Source: an uncultured Acidobacteriota bacterium (GTDB taxonomy: Bacteria > Acidobacteriota > Blastocatellia > Pyrinomonadales > Pyrinomonadaceae). Taken from it: 64,000 nt of DNA. The DNA is taken from positions 24,911 through 88,910 of the forward strand of contig CAVYWT010000003.1 of NCBI GenBank assembly GCA_963772405.1. The letters are read 5' to 3'. The stretch's first letter is position 1, and each line of letters begins with the position of its first letter. Shown here piece by piece: positions 32,411-43,547 of the stretch. Under the pieces are notes generated by a model that was not told the origin of the DNA, made no database searches, and worked only from the letters and a program-made list of their open reading frames with translations. Made by a program: the position numbers and the translations under genes.

Positions 32411-33526
32411 TTATTTTAGAGAGATCGTTCCGTCATCCGCGATTCTCGGAGCCGACGCACCGAAATCCGTTTCCGACAACGAACGTACTTTTTTGATCGC
32501 GGCTCCGGAGCTGTCAAGAACCGGAATGCCGAGTCCTTCCTGTCGCGCGGAGTTCAGCTTTCCGCCGATAAACTTTCCATCCGGATCCAGTCGAGCTTCG
32601 AGGATCACTGTCAACGCAGTCTCAGCCTCGAGCTTAAACCATCCGTAGGTCGCAAAGTTGCCGAGCGAATATGCGATGAGCCGGTCTTTGTAGATCTCCA
32701 TCCCGCGCAGCACATGCGGCCCGTGGCCGAGAACGAGGTCAGCACCCGCATCGATCACGGTGTGTGCGAACATCGGCAGATTGCCACGCTTCTCGCCAAA
32801 GAATAATTCCGTACGCTTCGGAACGTTCTGCGCACCGGTACCTTCGGCTCCGCCGTGAAACGACACGACGACGATGTCTGCTTTCTTATCGGCGAGCTCG
32901 ACGAGTCGCCGTGCCGTGTCGAGGTCATTTACATTAGGAACGACGTTGTTGTGTGCAAATCCGACAAACGCCACCTTCACTCCCCGAACCTCGAGAACTA
33001 CGGTTGAGAATCGAGCTCGATCGCTGCCGGCGTGTTTGATGCCGAGATCATCAAGCGTCCGGCGCGTACTTGCGCGGCCAGCCTCGCCGAAGTCTGAAGC
33101 ATGATTATTCGCGACGCTCATCACATCGAACCCAGCGGCTTTTAGATTTTTTGCAAAACGCGTCGGCATTCTGAAAGCGAAGCACCTGATCGGTTGACCG
33201 GGTTTTGGCGTGCCGCATTTTTCCGAGACGCCGCCGTCGATGATCGGCGCTTCCATATTTCCGAACGCGATGTCCGCAGCGGACAACACGGGAGTCACAT
33301 CCTTTAGAATGTCCGCTCCGTCGTTTGGCGGCATTCGCGAATCGTTCGGGAACGGTGAGCCGAGCATAACGTCACCAACCGCGGCGATCGTGATCGGTTC
33401 GGAAGATCTCGGCGTCGGGGTCGCCGCCACGTTTGTCTCGGCCTCGGCGACGGGTGTAGTCAGATCTTTAGTCGAACACGAGAGAACCACCGCACAAGCG
33501 AGCGAAAAGGTAAGTACAAATGTCAT
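32411..33526 (-). CDS. CapA-family (PGA_cap metallophosphatase-like) lipoprotein
   Basis: Lipobox MTFVLTFSLACAVVLSC and the motifs AVGDVMLG, AFGNMEAPI, ANNHASDFG and SFHGGAEG. The ORF track extends to 33748, across a repeat, which I regard as non-coding. Confidence 0.8.
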   Translation of the reverse strand: MTFVLTFSLACAVVLSCSTKDLTTPVAEAETNVAATPTPRSSEPITIAAVGDVMLGSPFPNDSRMPPNDGADILKDVTPVLSAADIAFGNMEAPIIDGGVSEKCGTPKPGQPIRCFAFRMPTRFAKNLKAAGFDVMSVANNHASDFGEAGRASTRRTLDDLGIKHAGSDRARFSTVVLEVRGVKVAFVGFAHNNVVPNVNDLDTARRLVELADKKADIVVVSFHGGAEGTGAQNVPKRTELFFGEKRGNLPMFAHTVIDAGADLVLGHGPHVLRGMEIYKDRLIAYSLGNFATYGWFKLEAETALTVILEARLDPDGKFIGGKLNSARQEGLGIPVLDSSGAAIKKVRSLSETDFGASAPRIADDGTISLK

Positions 33527-33724
33527 ACGAAGGAACTTCTGGTCTGGCATAAAGCTTGGGGCGATACCGTTCATAAGATGTCGAATCCGACAGCTTTGAT
33601 GGAAAAAAAATCGGCGAAACGGTATTAGAACACTCTTCGCCGATTTGGTAAATGAGAATTTTACTACTCGTTTAGAGGCGGGCCTGCCCGCCGCTTTCGT
33701 TCGAGGTTGCTTCGCAGACATTTT

Positions 33725-33801
33725 GCCGCGGATAAACGCGGATGACACCGATCCTGAAATATTTCTTACTCTGATCCGCGTTATCCGCGTTTATCCGCGG
33801 C
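33725..33801. repeat. Hairpin repeat (GATCCGCG/TTATCCGCG type)
   Basis: gccgcggataaacgcggatgacaccgatc pairs with gatccgcgttatccgcgtttatccgcggc, with a ~19-nt loop. It is downstream of the FG-GAP gene stop at 33827. Confidence 0.75.
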
Positions 33802-33826
33802 TAAATATCTTCGCCTTTGGGGCTCT

Positions 33827-35940
33827 CTAAGGCACAAATGCATTTGGGATCGGCCGATCACCCGTCGCACCGAACTGTACGATCTGTGTTCCGGCGGTCG
33901 TGCGACCGATGAACCATGTCGCACTCGATGGACGGAAAACGGTAGCGTCGAATTTGCCGTCGCCGTCGTAATCGCCCGGTGACGGAATGTCACCATTCGC
34001 ACCGAACGGGAATCCGTAGAACGAGAAGTCCTCGCTCCGGACAATAAACCATTCGCCGGTCGATGGTCGCCAGATCGCGACATCGGCCTTGCCGTCGCCG
34101 GTGTAATCACCTTGCACCGCTTTATCAGTCGATGCTCCGAACTGCATTGCGAGAAGTCCAGCGGTCGATCGATTGATCCACCACTGAGCGGTTCCACCAG
34201 CGTTCCGGAAGATACCGACATCCGCTTTTCCATCACCGTCGTAATCGGAGACAACAGGAACATCGCCCGCGATACCGAACTGCTCGATGCGCGTCGGTGA
34301 TCCACGCCGATTGTGATATGAACCACGTCGATGTCGAAGGCCGCATGACTGCAAAATCAGCTTTTCCGTCGGCGTCGTAATCCGCGGGGACGGGGATGTC
34401 ACCGTTAGTCCCAAACGGCAGAGCAAAGAACGAGAAGTCTTCGGACCGCAGAACATACCATTCGCCGGAAGAGGGACGAAAGAATGCAATGTCCGTCTTT
34501 CCGTCACCGGTGTAATCGGCAGGCGTAATACGATCGGTCGATGCACCGAACTGCAACGCGAAAGTCACACCAGTCGAGCTTCGATTGATCCACCACTCCG
34601 AAGCCGCGCCGACGGGACGAAAGATTCCGATGTCCGTTTTGCCATCACCATCGAAATCGAATGGAGCGCGTTGTGAAGAAGCCGTCGAGAAACGCGCCGC
34701 AGTAAAGCCGAATGTAGAATTTCCAGAACCGTCACCGACCGCGACGATCTTTCCGTCCGGCTGCAGGATCGCCCGGCTCGCCGCACTCGTGTTGGGAGCG
34801 ATGTTCTCGATTACCTTTCCGCCGGTGCCGAACTGAGGATCCAGCCCGCCGCCCGAAAGCAGGCGAACCAGAATGTACGACCCACCGCTCGCACCAACGC
34901 CGATGATCTTTCCGTCCGACTGTATAAGAACCGAACGAATGATATCCGAATTCATCGGTCGAACGTCAATGCTCAACTTGCCGTCGCCGTCAAAGGTCGA
35001 ATCCAGCGCACCGGCGGAGTCGTATCGGACGAACGCTGCGTCGTCATAAGATCCGCTGGTTGTCGTGCCGCCGGCAACGATCTTACCGTCGGTCTGAAGA
35101 GCGACCGAGTAGGCCTGGTCGTATTGGCTTCCAACTGAGGTCTGAACAAAGCCGAAAGTATTGAATGTCGTGTCCGGCACACCACCGGTCGTCAGACGGA
35201 TTAGAAGAAAATACCCGCGGCTTGCATCTCGCGTGGAACCCGCAAGGATCAATTTTCCATCTGGCTGGAGCGCGAGTGAGTTCCCAACATCGTTGTTGCC
35301 GCCGGCGATGCCAATGTAGATAATTCCGCCGTTGAAGCTGGCATCGGGCACTCCGGTCGTCGTTAGACGAACGACGGCGACATCGGTGTTCGGTGTCGGA
35401 CGGGCGGTTCCTGTCAGATACGATCTTTCCATCCGGCTGCAGCAGCATCGCCTTGACGAAATCGTCACCGCCGACATTGATCTTTACTTTTCCGCCGCTA
35501 AAAGTTGCGTCAGGCGTCCCGTTCGCATTGAGCCGGACAATGCCGAAATCCCAGCCGGGTGAACCGAACTGTACGCTCCCACCGACGACGATCTTGCCGT
35601 CGGGCTGGACCACAATAGCCGTCGCCATCTCATTGGCGAAGCTATCGAATGGAATGCCGACCAATCCGTTCGTCCCAAAACCCGCGTCCGGGCTGCCATC
35701 CGCGTTCAGACGAACGACGCCGAAATCTTGTGTATTGTCGGGGCCCAACGTGCTTCCCGCGAGAACGAGTTTTCCGTCCGATTGGACGGCGACATCTTCG
35801 GCCGGTATGAAATTCGTCGGTAGATTGTAGACCTTACCGCCCGTTCCGAATGTCGGATCGAGATCACCGGCACCAGCGAACAGGCTCGAAACGGAGAACA
35901 GCGATAGGAGGAGGAAGCCAAATACACTAAGTAAGTTCAT
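33827..35940 (-). pseudogene. Secreted beta-propeller-repeat (delta-60-like) plus FG-GAP/VCBS repeat protein with 2 frameshifts
   Basis: Signal peptide MNLLSVFGFLLLSLFSVSSLFA, repeated DGKIVxxG..xRLxxxGxxDxxF units, then C-terminal DYDGDGKxD / RPSxxxW repeats. ORFs 35083..35940, 34233..35477 and 33827..34546 join near 35418 and 34313. Confidence 0.7.
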
Positions 35941-36076
35941 AAAGTAAATAATTGCGCGGATCGGTGGGATCCGGGCGAATCGGTGTGACAGCCCTTAAAG
36001 CTGTAATAAAGCCAAGTCCGCGCCAAAAGAGACGTTAGACAGCGCCGATCGGGGTTGGCTCGATCGACGAAAAAGA

Positions 36077-39000
36077 TCACGCACCCGCCGGTGCAATGCG
36101 TTCCGAAACTTCGGGGTCGCTTGCAGGTGAGATGTCATCCGAGTCGCCAAACAAAGATTCATCGACGATCTGCCTCTGCTCGATTTCGTGGATCGCATAC
36201 GAACCGGTCGCCGGCGAAGCCGATGCAGTCCGGCCAACATACCGAAGCGATGTCCCGTCCGGCATGATCTCACGCAGCCGCGGCTCGACAAATGTCCACC
36301 CGCCCATATTCTGTGGTTCTTCCTGCGTCCAGAAAATCTGTTTCGCATTAGGATATGAAGTAAAGATCTCGTTCAGGCGTGAGGCAGGAAACGGATAGAA
36401 CTGTTCAAGTCGGACTACCGCAACACGAGCGTCCACCACTTCGCCATCCGCATGACGTCCCGCTTCGAGATCGTAGAAAACTTTTCCGCTGCAAAGCACG
36501 ACGCGTTTGACGGCGGCGTTGTCGGTAATCGCGGCATCGCCGATGACAGGCTGGAATCCCCCGGTCGTCAATTCTTCCATCGTCGATGACGCAGCCGGAA
36601 GACGCAGCAAGCTCTTCGGCGTCATGACGATCAACGGCCGGACGATCTCTTGCTTAACCTGACGTCGAAGCATGTGGAAATATTGCGCCGGCGTCGTCGG
36701 GTAACAGACCTGCAAATTATTCTCGGCGCAGAGCTGGAGATAGCGCTCCAGCCGTGCAGAGGAATGTTCCGGCCCCTGTCCTTCGTAACCGTGCGGCAGC
36801 AGCAGCACGAGCCGGCATCGTTCCTGCCATTTGTCTTCGGACGCGGCGATGTATTGGTCGATGATCACCTGCGCCCCGTTCGAAAAATCGCCAAACTGTG
36901 CTTCCCACGCGACCAGCTCGTCGCGGGCGATGATCGCATATCCGTACTCAAATCCGAGCACGCCGGATTCACTCAAGCTACTGTCGAAAACATAAAAGCG
37001 TGCGTGCGGATCGCTTTCGTTCTTGAGCTCGCTGAGGGGTGTCCAACGTTCGCCGGTCAAGGTGTCGTACATCGACGCATGTCGCTGTGAAAAGGTTCCG
37101 CGACCGGAATCCTGACCGCTAAGGCGGACCGGAAATCCCTCGACGACCAGCGATCCCATCGCCATCGCTTCGGCAAATCCCCAATCCATCGGAGCTTCGC
37201 CGGCACCCATCTTCGCGCGGCGGGCGAGTTGGCCCACCATCTTCGGATTGATATTAAAGCTGTCCGGGATGATCGAGATCTTCTCGGACACCTCACGTAG
37301 AACATCCGCCGCTGCGGCGGTTTCGAGAATCGCCGATCCGTCTTCATCCGGAATGCGTGCGGGCAGAGACGTTTTTTTCGGCTTTACTTCAGAAGCGATC
37401 TGTTTTGCCCGGCCGAGAATGCCTTCGTACTTTGCAACCACGGCGTCGGTCATCTGCTTCAGCTCATCTTCTGTGATCACACCTTCGCGTATAAGACTCT
37501 CGGCGTACAGATGACGTACTCCCGGGTGGGCTTTGACTCTGGCGTACATCAACGGCTGTGTGTAGCTTGGCTCGTCGCCCTCGTTATGCCCGAGCCGCCG
37601 GAAGCCGATCAGGTCGAGCACGACGTCCTTGTTAAACTCGCGTCGATAATCAAGGGCGATCTGCATCACGCGATACGCTGCTTCGGGTGCGTCGCCGTTG
37701 ATGTGAAAGATCGGCGTCTGCGTTATCTGAGCGGCGTCGGTCGAATAGATCGAGCTGCGGCCGAGCTGAGGCGAGGTCGTAAATCCGATCTGGTTATTGA
37801 TAACGATATGGATCGTCCCGCCGGTCCGATAGCCCGGCAGATTAGCGAGCTGGAGTGTTTCCATTACGATGCCCTGCCCGGCGAATGCCGCGTCACCATG
37901 CAGCAGAACCGGAAGAATCTTTTCGTAAACTTCCTCACGCATTTTTTGCTCGCCGTTGCGGATGTCGTCTTGTCGGGCACGCGCCATCCCTTCAACTACG
38001 GGGTTCACAAACTCCAAATGGCTCGGATTACACGAGAGTCGAATTTTTATTTCGCGTCCGGTCTTTGTCTTTTTATTTCCGATCGCACCCTGATGGTATT
38101 TCACGTCGCCCTCGTCGGCGGGAAACGATGGGTGCGATGTGCCTTCAAAGACCGTGAAGATGCGCTCTGCCATGTCGCCGGTCGCCGCATCGCCAATAAT
38201 GTTCGAGAGAACATTGAGCCGGCCGCGGTGTGCCATACCCATGTAGATCTCATCGACGCCGCGCTCCGAAGCTCCCTCGACAAGCTGATCCAGCATCGGG
38301 ATGACCGTCTCGCAGCCCTCAAGCGAAAACCGTTTTTGTCCGAGATACTTCTTGTGCAGGAATTGTTCGAACTGCTCGGCCTCGATAAGTTTTTGCAAAA
38401 GCTCTTTTCGTAATTCCGGAGCGAGCGGTTCGATGTCTACAAAGTTCTCGCGAACACGGGCACGGATCCATTCCTTTTCTTCCTTGCTCTGAATGTGACG
38501 GTACTCGCTGCCGACCTTGCCGCAATACGCGCTCTGCAAAATGTTGAGAATCCGTCGAAGGGTGGCGGTCTTTTCGCCGTGCAGGCCGCCCGTGATGAAC
38601 TCGCGATCGAGGTCCCAGATCGTCAAGCCAAAATTTTCGAGCTCCAGCTCGGCGGCGTTCTGCGACGTCATGTTGAGCGGATCGACGTCCGCCAGCAGAT
38701 GGCCGCGTATGCGATACGCATTGATGAGCTGAAGCACATTCGCCTGTTTCCCGGCTTGTTCGCTAAAACGGTCGCCGCCAAGCAAACTCGGGTTATAATC
38801 TTCGGCCCAGCGAAGCGGAGGATAGTTTATGGCGAGATCTGAAAATATCTGGTTGTAAAAATCGTGCTGGCCCTATGAGCAATTCGTGAATTCGAGCGAG
38901 GAACAAGCCGCTCTCTGCACCCTGTATGACACGATGATCGTAGGTGCTGGTGATCGTGATCGTCTTGCTTATGCCGAGCTGGCTGAGGGCTCCGGTCGTC

Positions 39001-39882
39001 ATCGCCTGATACTCCGCCGGATACTCGATCGCACCCGTCGCGATGATCGCACTCTGGCCCGACATCAGACGCGGGTTCGACGCGACAGTCCCGATCGTTC
39101 CCGGATTGGTGAGCGAGATCGTCGTCCCTTGAAAATCCGCTATCTCGAGCTTGCCGTCCCGAGCTTTTTTAATCTGATCGTTGAAGGCGTCGAAGAACCC
39201 GGCGAAGTTCATCTCTTCGCAGCCTTTGATGTTTGGCACGAGCAGATTGCGCGAGCCGTCTTTTTTCTCAATGTCGATTGCGATGCCAAGATTGATGCCG
39301 GGATTCTCGATTCGCGACGGCGCGCCATTGACGAGGCCATAGCCGTTGTTCATCGCGGGATAGTCTTTCGCCGCTCGGATTATCGCCCAGCCGATAAGAT
39401 GTGTGAACGAAACTTTGCCGCGGCCACGTCGCCGTCAAATGCTCATTTATGATGCGTCGGTTTTCTTCGAGAAGTTTGACGGGAATGTTGCGAAAGCTTG
39501 TCGCCGTCGGAACGGTGAGGCTCTGCTCCATGTTCTCGACGATCTTCTTCGCGACGCCGGTGAGCGGTTTAGTGACCGCGTCCGCGGGGACTGTGGTCGT
39601 TGGGGATTTTGGCGCCGGCGTTGCGGTGCTCGTCTCCTTCGGGGGTGCCGCAGACGCTGGTTCCTTCTTATCTTCTTGCGCCTCTACGCGAGCGCCATCA
39701 CCCGCGAGCAGATCGCTGAAATAGGTCTGCCAGGACTCGTCAACCGATTTTGGATCCGCCTGAAAACGAGCGAGTAAGCCCTCGACATAGCTCGCATTCG
39801 CTCCGAAATTCTCCGTAATAAAGGCCGATATATTGGTAGTTTTCTCGCTCACTTTTGTGTTTTGCAACCCGGGTGCAAGCAC
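36077..39882 (-). pseudogene. Kgd/OdhA-type fused 2-oxoglutarate dehydrogenase: E1o N-terminal motif, E2-like acyltransferase domain without a lipoyl domain, and E1o TPP domains. Two frameshifts
   Basis: N-terminal FGANASYVEGLLARFQADPKSVDESWQTYF, then a Pro/Ala/Thr linker. E2 catalytic domain: LTVPTATSFRNIPVKLL .. TSTYDHRVIQGAESGLFL. E1: NAYRIRGHLLADVDPL and GQGIVMETLQLANLPGYRTGGTIHIVINNQIGFTT. Frame changes are near 39428 and 38866; the second is a G-run. Confidence 0.85.
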
Positions 39883-39926
39883 TATTTTAGCTTATCCGCG
39901 CCCAGAAACGCGACCGGACGTGGTCA

Positions 39927-40134
39927 ACTGTGAAGAACTATGAACTATGAACTATGAGCTGTGAACTATGAACTGTGAACTATGAACTATGAGCTGTGAA
40001 CAATGAGCTGTGAACTTTGAGCTGTGAACTATGAGCTGTGACCTGTGAACTACGAGCTATTAACTATGAACCTGGAATTCGTAGATTACCGTTCACAGTT
40101 CCACACGTTCACAGTTCACAGTTCACAGCTCAAA
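39927..40134. repeat. Tandem heptamer array G: about 20 x ATGAACT/GTGAACT/ATGAGCT units, loop, then about 6 inverted units. Same unit family as array E
   Basis: Read directly from the sequence. The inverted arm gttcacagttcacagttcacagctca abuts the nusB stop (40136), and the long arm ends ~45 nt from the kgd start. Confidence 0.95.
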
Positions 40135-40135
40135 G

Positions 40136-40627
40136 TTAAGCAGAGGCGTTTGATTTGCTGTCGGCTTTAGGAGCTTCGGGGGTAGAGGCCTTCTCGAGGT
40201 CAAGCTTGATCGCGTCGAGGATGCCGTTGATGAATTGGGTCGCTTCGAAAGTAGAGAATCGCCTCGCGATCTCTAGAGCTTCGTTAATGACGACGGTGTG
40301 CGGCGTGTCTTCGTGAAGAAATTCGTATACAGCGAGACGAAGGACGTTGCGATCGACCAGGGCCATGCGCTCGATACGCCAATGCTCGGCACGTGTCCTG
40401 ATCTTGTCGTCGATCGATTCGCTGTGCTTGAGTGTTCCGAGAACGAGGTTGTTGGAAAAAGTCCGAGTTTTTTCGTCAAAGTCGCCATCGCCGAGTTCTT
40501 TCCAATAGTCGTCGGTCGAAAACTCAAGTGAGTTCTTTACGACATCAGCGGCGAACAACATCTGTAAAGCGCATTCGCGCGCTTTCCGGCGAGTTCCTGA
40601 ACCCTTAGCTTCTTTTTCAAACGACAT
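40136..40627 (-). CDS. nusB: Transcription antitermination factor NusB
   Basis: 163 aa with RRKARECALQMLF and INEALEIARRF motifs. It overlaps the end of ribH, the classic ribH-nusB order. Confidence 0.9.
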   Translation of the reverse strand: MSFEKEAKGSGTRRKARECALQMLFAADVVKNSLEFSTDDYWKELGDGDFDEKTRTFSNNLVLGTLKHSESIDDKIRTRAEHWRIERMALVDRNVLRLAVYEFLHEDTPHTVVINEALEIARRFSTFEATQFINGILDAIKLDLEKASTPEAPKADSKSNASA

Positions 40628-41150
40628 GCGGAAAAACCTTGTCCTGTCCCTTGCTCTTGTCGCCGCTTTCGCGGCCGGCCATTTCTGCGTAGAGATTCAC
40701 GATCTCGACGGCGGACATCGCCGCCTCATAACCCTTATTACCAGACTTCACGCCAGAGCGATTGATCGCCTGTTCGACTGTGTCAGTTGTAACAACGCCG
40801 AAGACGACGGGAACACCTGTTTGCATCGCGGCCTGGGAAATCCCGCTGGCTGCCTGACCGGCGACGTAATCGAAATGCGGCGTCTCGCCGCGGATGACCA
40901 CACCGATCGCGATAACGGCGTCAAAGTTCCCCGACTGCGCAGCCTTGAGAGCCGTCAGCGGTAATTCGAACGAGCCCGGAACCTTAAAGACCTCGACAGC
41001 GTCTTCATCGGCTCCGGTACTCTCTAAAGCATCGAGGGCACCGTCGAGCAGTTTGGATGTAAGGAAATCATTCCAGCGACTGACGACGATCGCGAATCGA
41101 TAGCCCTTTGCATTTATTCGGCCTCGGTGAACTCTTGGTTGCAAACTCAT
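40617..41150 (-). CDS. ribH: 6,7-dimethyl-8-ribityllumazine synthase
   Basis: Motifs FAIVVSRWNDFLTSKLLDGA, VPGSFELP, IAIGVVIRGETPHFDYV and VVFGVVT. ATG at 41150 with GGGAGA upstream. Confidence 0.9.
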   Translation of the reverse strand: MSLQPRVHRGRINAKGYRFAIVVSRWNDFLTSKLLDGALDALESTGADEDAVEVFKVPGSFELPLTALKAAQSGNFDAVIAIGVVIRGETPHFDYVAGQAASGISQAAMQTGVPVVFGVVTTDTVEQAINRSGVKSGNKGYEAAMSAVEIVNLYAEMAGRESGDKSKGQDKVFPHVV

Positions 41151-41202
41151 TTCTCCCGGCAAGCTCGCTTGCCTCGAACAAGTATAGAAACACGAACTAC
41201 CG

Positions 41203-42087
41203 TTGACAAGCAAAAAAGCTCAGTGCGAAAGTGGGACAGTGTCCGAAGCTATAATCGAAACTGAAGAAACCCTGGTGATCGAGACGCCGGAGCGCGTACC
41301 GCTGGCTTTCGCCCTCGCATCGATCGGAAATCGCTTCCTGGCCGCCGCGATCGACCATTTCATTCAGTATTTTTCGATTGGAATCGTGGTTTGGGTCGTT
41401 CTGACGGCAGCAGACGTGGGCAGCGGTGTGACCGGAGTTATCGACGGAATCCAGAACGAGGCACCGAAATGGCTGATCGCGGTAATGATCGTTCTGCTGT
41501 TTCTGCTTTTCGCCGGGTACTTCGTTCTTTTCGAATGGCTATGGGACGGTCAAACGCCGGGCAAGCGCCTTCTCAAGCTTCGTGTGATCCGTGAGGATGG
41601 CCGGCCGATCACTCTCTGGGAGGCGATGGCGCGTAATCTGTTGAGAGTGTTCGATGCAATGCCGGGATTTTTGCTCCCGATCTATTCGGTGGGATTGATC
41701 GCGATCTTTTTGAGCAGTCGCGACCAACGCGTCGGAGATATCTTTGCCGGTACCGTTGTTATACGTGAGCGAACGGACGAGGCACCGACATTCGACGAAA
41801 CATTTTCAAATCGCGTTTCCGACGCCGCCTTCAGACGGGTTCAAAAGCGAACCGAATTTACCGCCAATGTCATGATCTTGTCAGGGCCGGAGATCGAAGT
41901 GATCGAAAGCTTTCTTCGACGGCGTTGGGATCTGACTGAGCGACAGCGCATCTGGATGGCGTGGCGAATCGCTCTGCCGCTGATGTACAAGCTGAAACCG
42001 GACTACGATCTCGTGACTTTCTCATACGAGGGATTTCTCGAAGAGGTACTTCATCGCTACCACGCACGTCAACGGTTCTTGAATTAA
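41203..42087 (+). CDS. RDD-family membrane protein
   Basis: RFLAAAIDHFI .. DGQTPGKRLLKLRVI with 3-4 TM segments. The start codon is uncertain (TTG 41203 or GTG 41239). Confidence 0.7.
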   Translation: MTSKKAQCESGTVSEAIIETEETLVIETPERVPLAFALASIGNRFLAAAIDHFIQYFSIGIVVWVVLTAADVGSGVTGVIDGIQNEAPKWLIAVMIVLLFLLFAGYFVLFEWLWDGQTPGKRLLKLRVIREDGRPITLWEAMARNLLRVFDAMPGFLLPIYSVGLIAIFLSSRDQRVGDIFAGTVVIRERTDEAPTFDETFSNRVSDAAFRRVQKRTEFTANVMILSGPEIEVIESFLRRRWDLTERQRIWMAWRIALPLMYKLKPDYDLVTFSYEGFLEEVLHRYHARQRFLN

Positions 42088-42092
42088 TCTGG

Positions 42093-43403
42093 CTATTTTT
42101 TCCAGTAGTACTTAAATATCTTGCCAGCCTCATCGGAAGATATCCTCCCCCCGAGCAGTTCGACGGCGCGTGCAAGTACAGGGTCTCGGCCTGCAGCGAG
42201 ATCCGCTCCGCTCGGCACCATCGGGATATCAGGGGTAACGCCCACGTGCTCAAGACTTTTTCCGTCGGCCATTAAGACGTCGGCGTTCGTAATGCTGATA
42301 GCAAAGGGGACAATGCTGTCGGTGCCCATTTCGTGCTGGGATCGAATCGATTGCATTACGGCTCCCGCGGACACGTCTCCCAAAACTTGACCGCGGCCCT
42401 CAAGTTGAACGACACGCGCGAAGATCTCCGCCGCGGAACCCGACTCGCTGTCGATCAAGACAATAAGTTTTCCTTTGAAGATATTTCCGGAGCGAGTTTT
42501 GGCGAGCATCGGATCCATTTTCTTGCGGCCTTTTAGCTCGGCGACCTTGATATCCTTATCGAAAAAATTGCCGACCAGCTTTTCCATTGCTACTACGTAG
42601 CCGCCGCCGTTCCCGCGAAGATCGAGGATCAGGCTTCCACCTTTTGCCTTGCCGACCATCCCATCTATTAACTCAGGGTCGACAGCGAAGGACGGCATCT
42701 TCCAGATCGTGATCCCGCCGATCGTGACGAATCGATGTTTGTCATTTTCTTCGTCGTAAAAGTCATCGAATAGTCGAAAGTACGACGAGAAGACGATCTT
42801 TTGCGGCAAACGTTTTACCTCAGAGCTGATCTCCAGGTCGCGAGGCGAGGTGTCACCGGGGCTCAATATACTCAACTGCACATTGCTGCGTTTGCTAAGC
42901 AGGTTGTAAAAATACCGAATTTTCCATAGTTCCTTTTTCGACGGGCGAAAGCCGCCGATTGCGACGATCTGATCTCCGATCTTCAGTCCTTTCGCTTCGG
43001 CATCGCTGCCCGGCTTTACTTGTGTAATGAACACCTTGTTGTCGATGGCCCGCATCCTCCAGCCATATTCGACGGCAATATTCGTAGATGGTGGAATGAA
43101 AAACAGGTGCGAGTCGTTGAAGTCGATGAGGGCCTGGGCGATTATCGCGAGGGATTGGGTGGTCGTGTTCGCCTGAGCCAGCTTTTCCTCAGCCTGCTTG
43201 AATCGCGCCTCGAGATCGATACCGTGATAATTCGGATCGTAGTACTTGCTCTTCACTTCGGCCTTGACGATCTTTAGCATGTCCTTCATCCGGGCTCTCT
43301 CGATCCGGTCAAAGCCCTGCGACATGCCTATCACGGGTAACAAAAGCGAGAACATGAATGAACCGAAGTAAACGAGTGGACTATTGAAAGGTCTTATTTT
43401 CAT
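42093..43403 (-). CDS. S41 family peptidase (C-terminal processing peptidase-like) with a PDZ domain
   Basis: PDZ segment GSDAEAKGLKIGDQIVAIGG and catalytic-Ser region LIDSESGSAAEIFA. The N-terminal segment is hydrophobic. Confidence 0.8.
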   Translation of the reverse strand: MKIRPFNSPLVYFGSFMFSLLLPVIGMSQGFDRIERARMKDMLKIVKAEVKSKYYDPNYHGIDLEARFKQAEEKLAQANTTTQSLAIIAQALIDFNDSHLFFIPPSTNIAVEYGWRMRAIDNKVFITQVKPGSDAEAKGLKIGDQIVAIGGFRPSKKELWKIRYFYNLLSKRSNVQLSILSPGDTSPRDLEISSEVKRLPQKIVFSSYFRLFDDFYDEENDKHRFVTIGGITIWKMPSFAVDPELIDGMVGKAKGGSLILDLRGNGGGYVVAMEKLVGNFFDKDIKVAELKGRKKMDPMLAKTRSGNIFKGKLIVLIDSESGSAAEIFARVVQLEGRGQVLGDVSAGAVMQSIRSQHEMGTDSIVPFAISITNADVLMADGKSLEHVGVTPDIPMVPSGADLAAGRDPVLARAVELLGGRISSDEAGKIFKYYWKK

Positions 43404-43547
43404 GACATGTTAGATGTGACTTGAAACGTTCAAATGTCACCTTTGATCAGAGGTTTACTACTGCTTAGCACAAAATAATCTGTTTTGCGGTAGAAAAGCA
43501 AACTATGTTATCTTCCCACATTAGATCACCTTTCTAGACGTTAATCG

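Noticed and set aside
37511-38413. 300-aa plus-strand ORF inside kgd
   Set aside because: It is an antisense shadow of the E1o domain, which carries textbook TPP-enzyme motifs on the minus strand.
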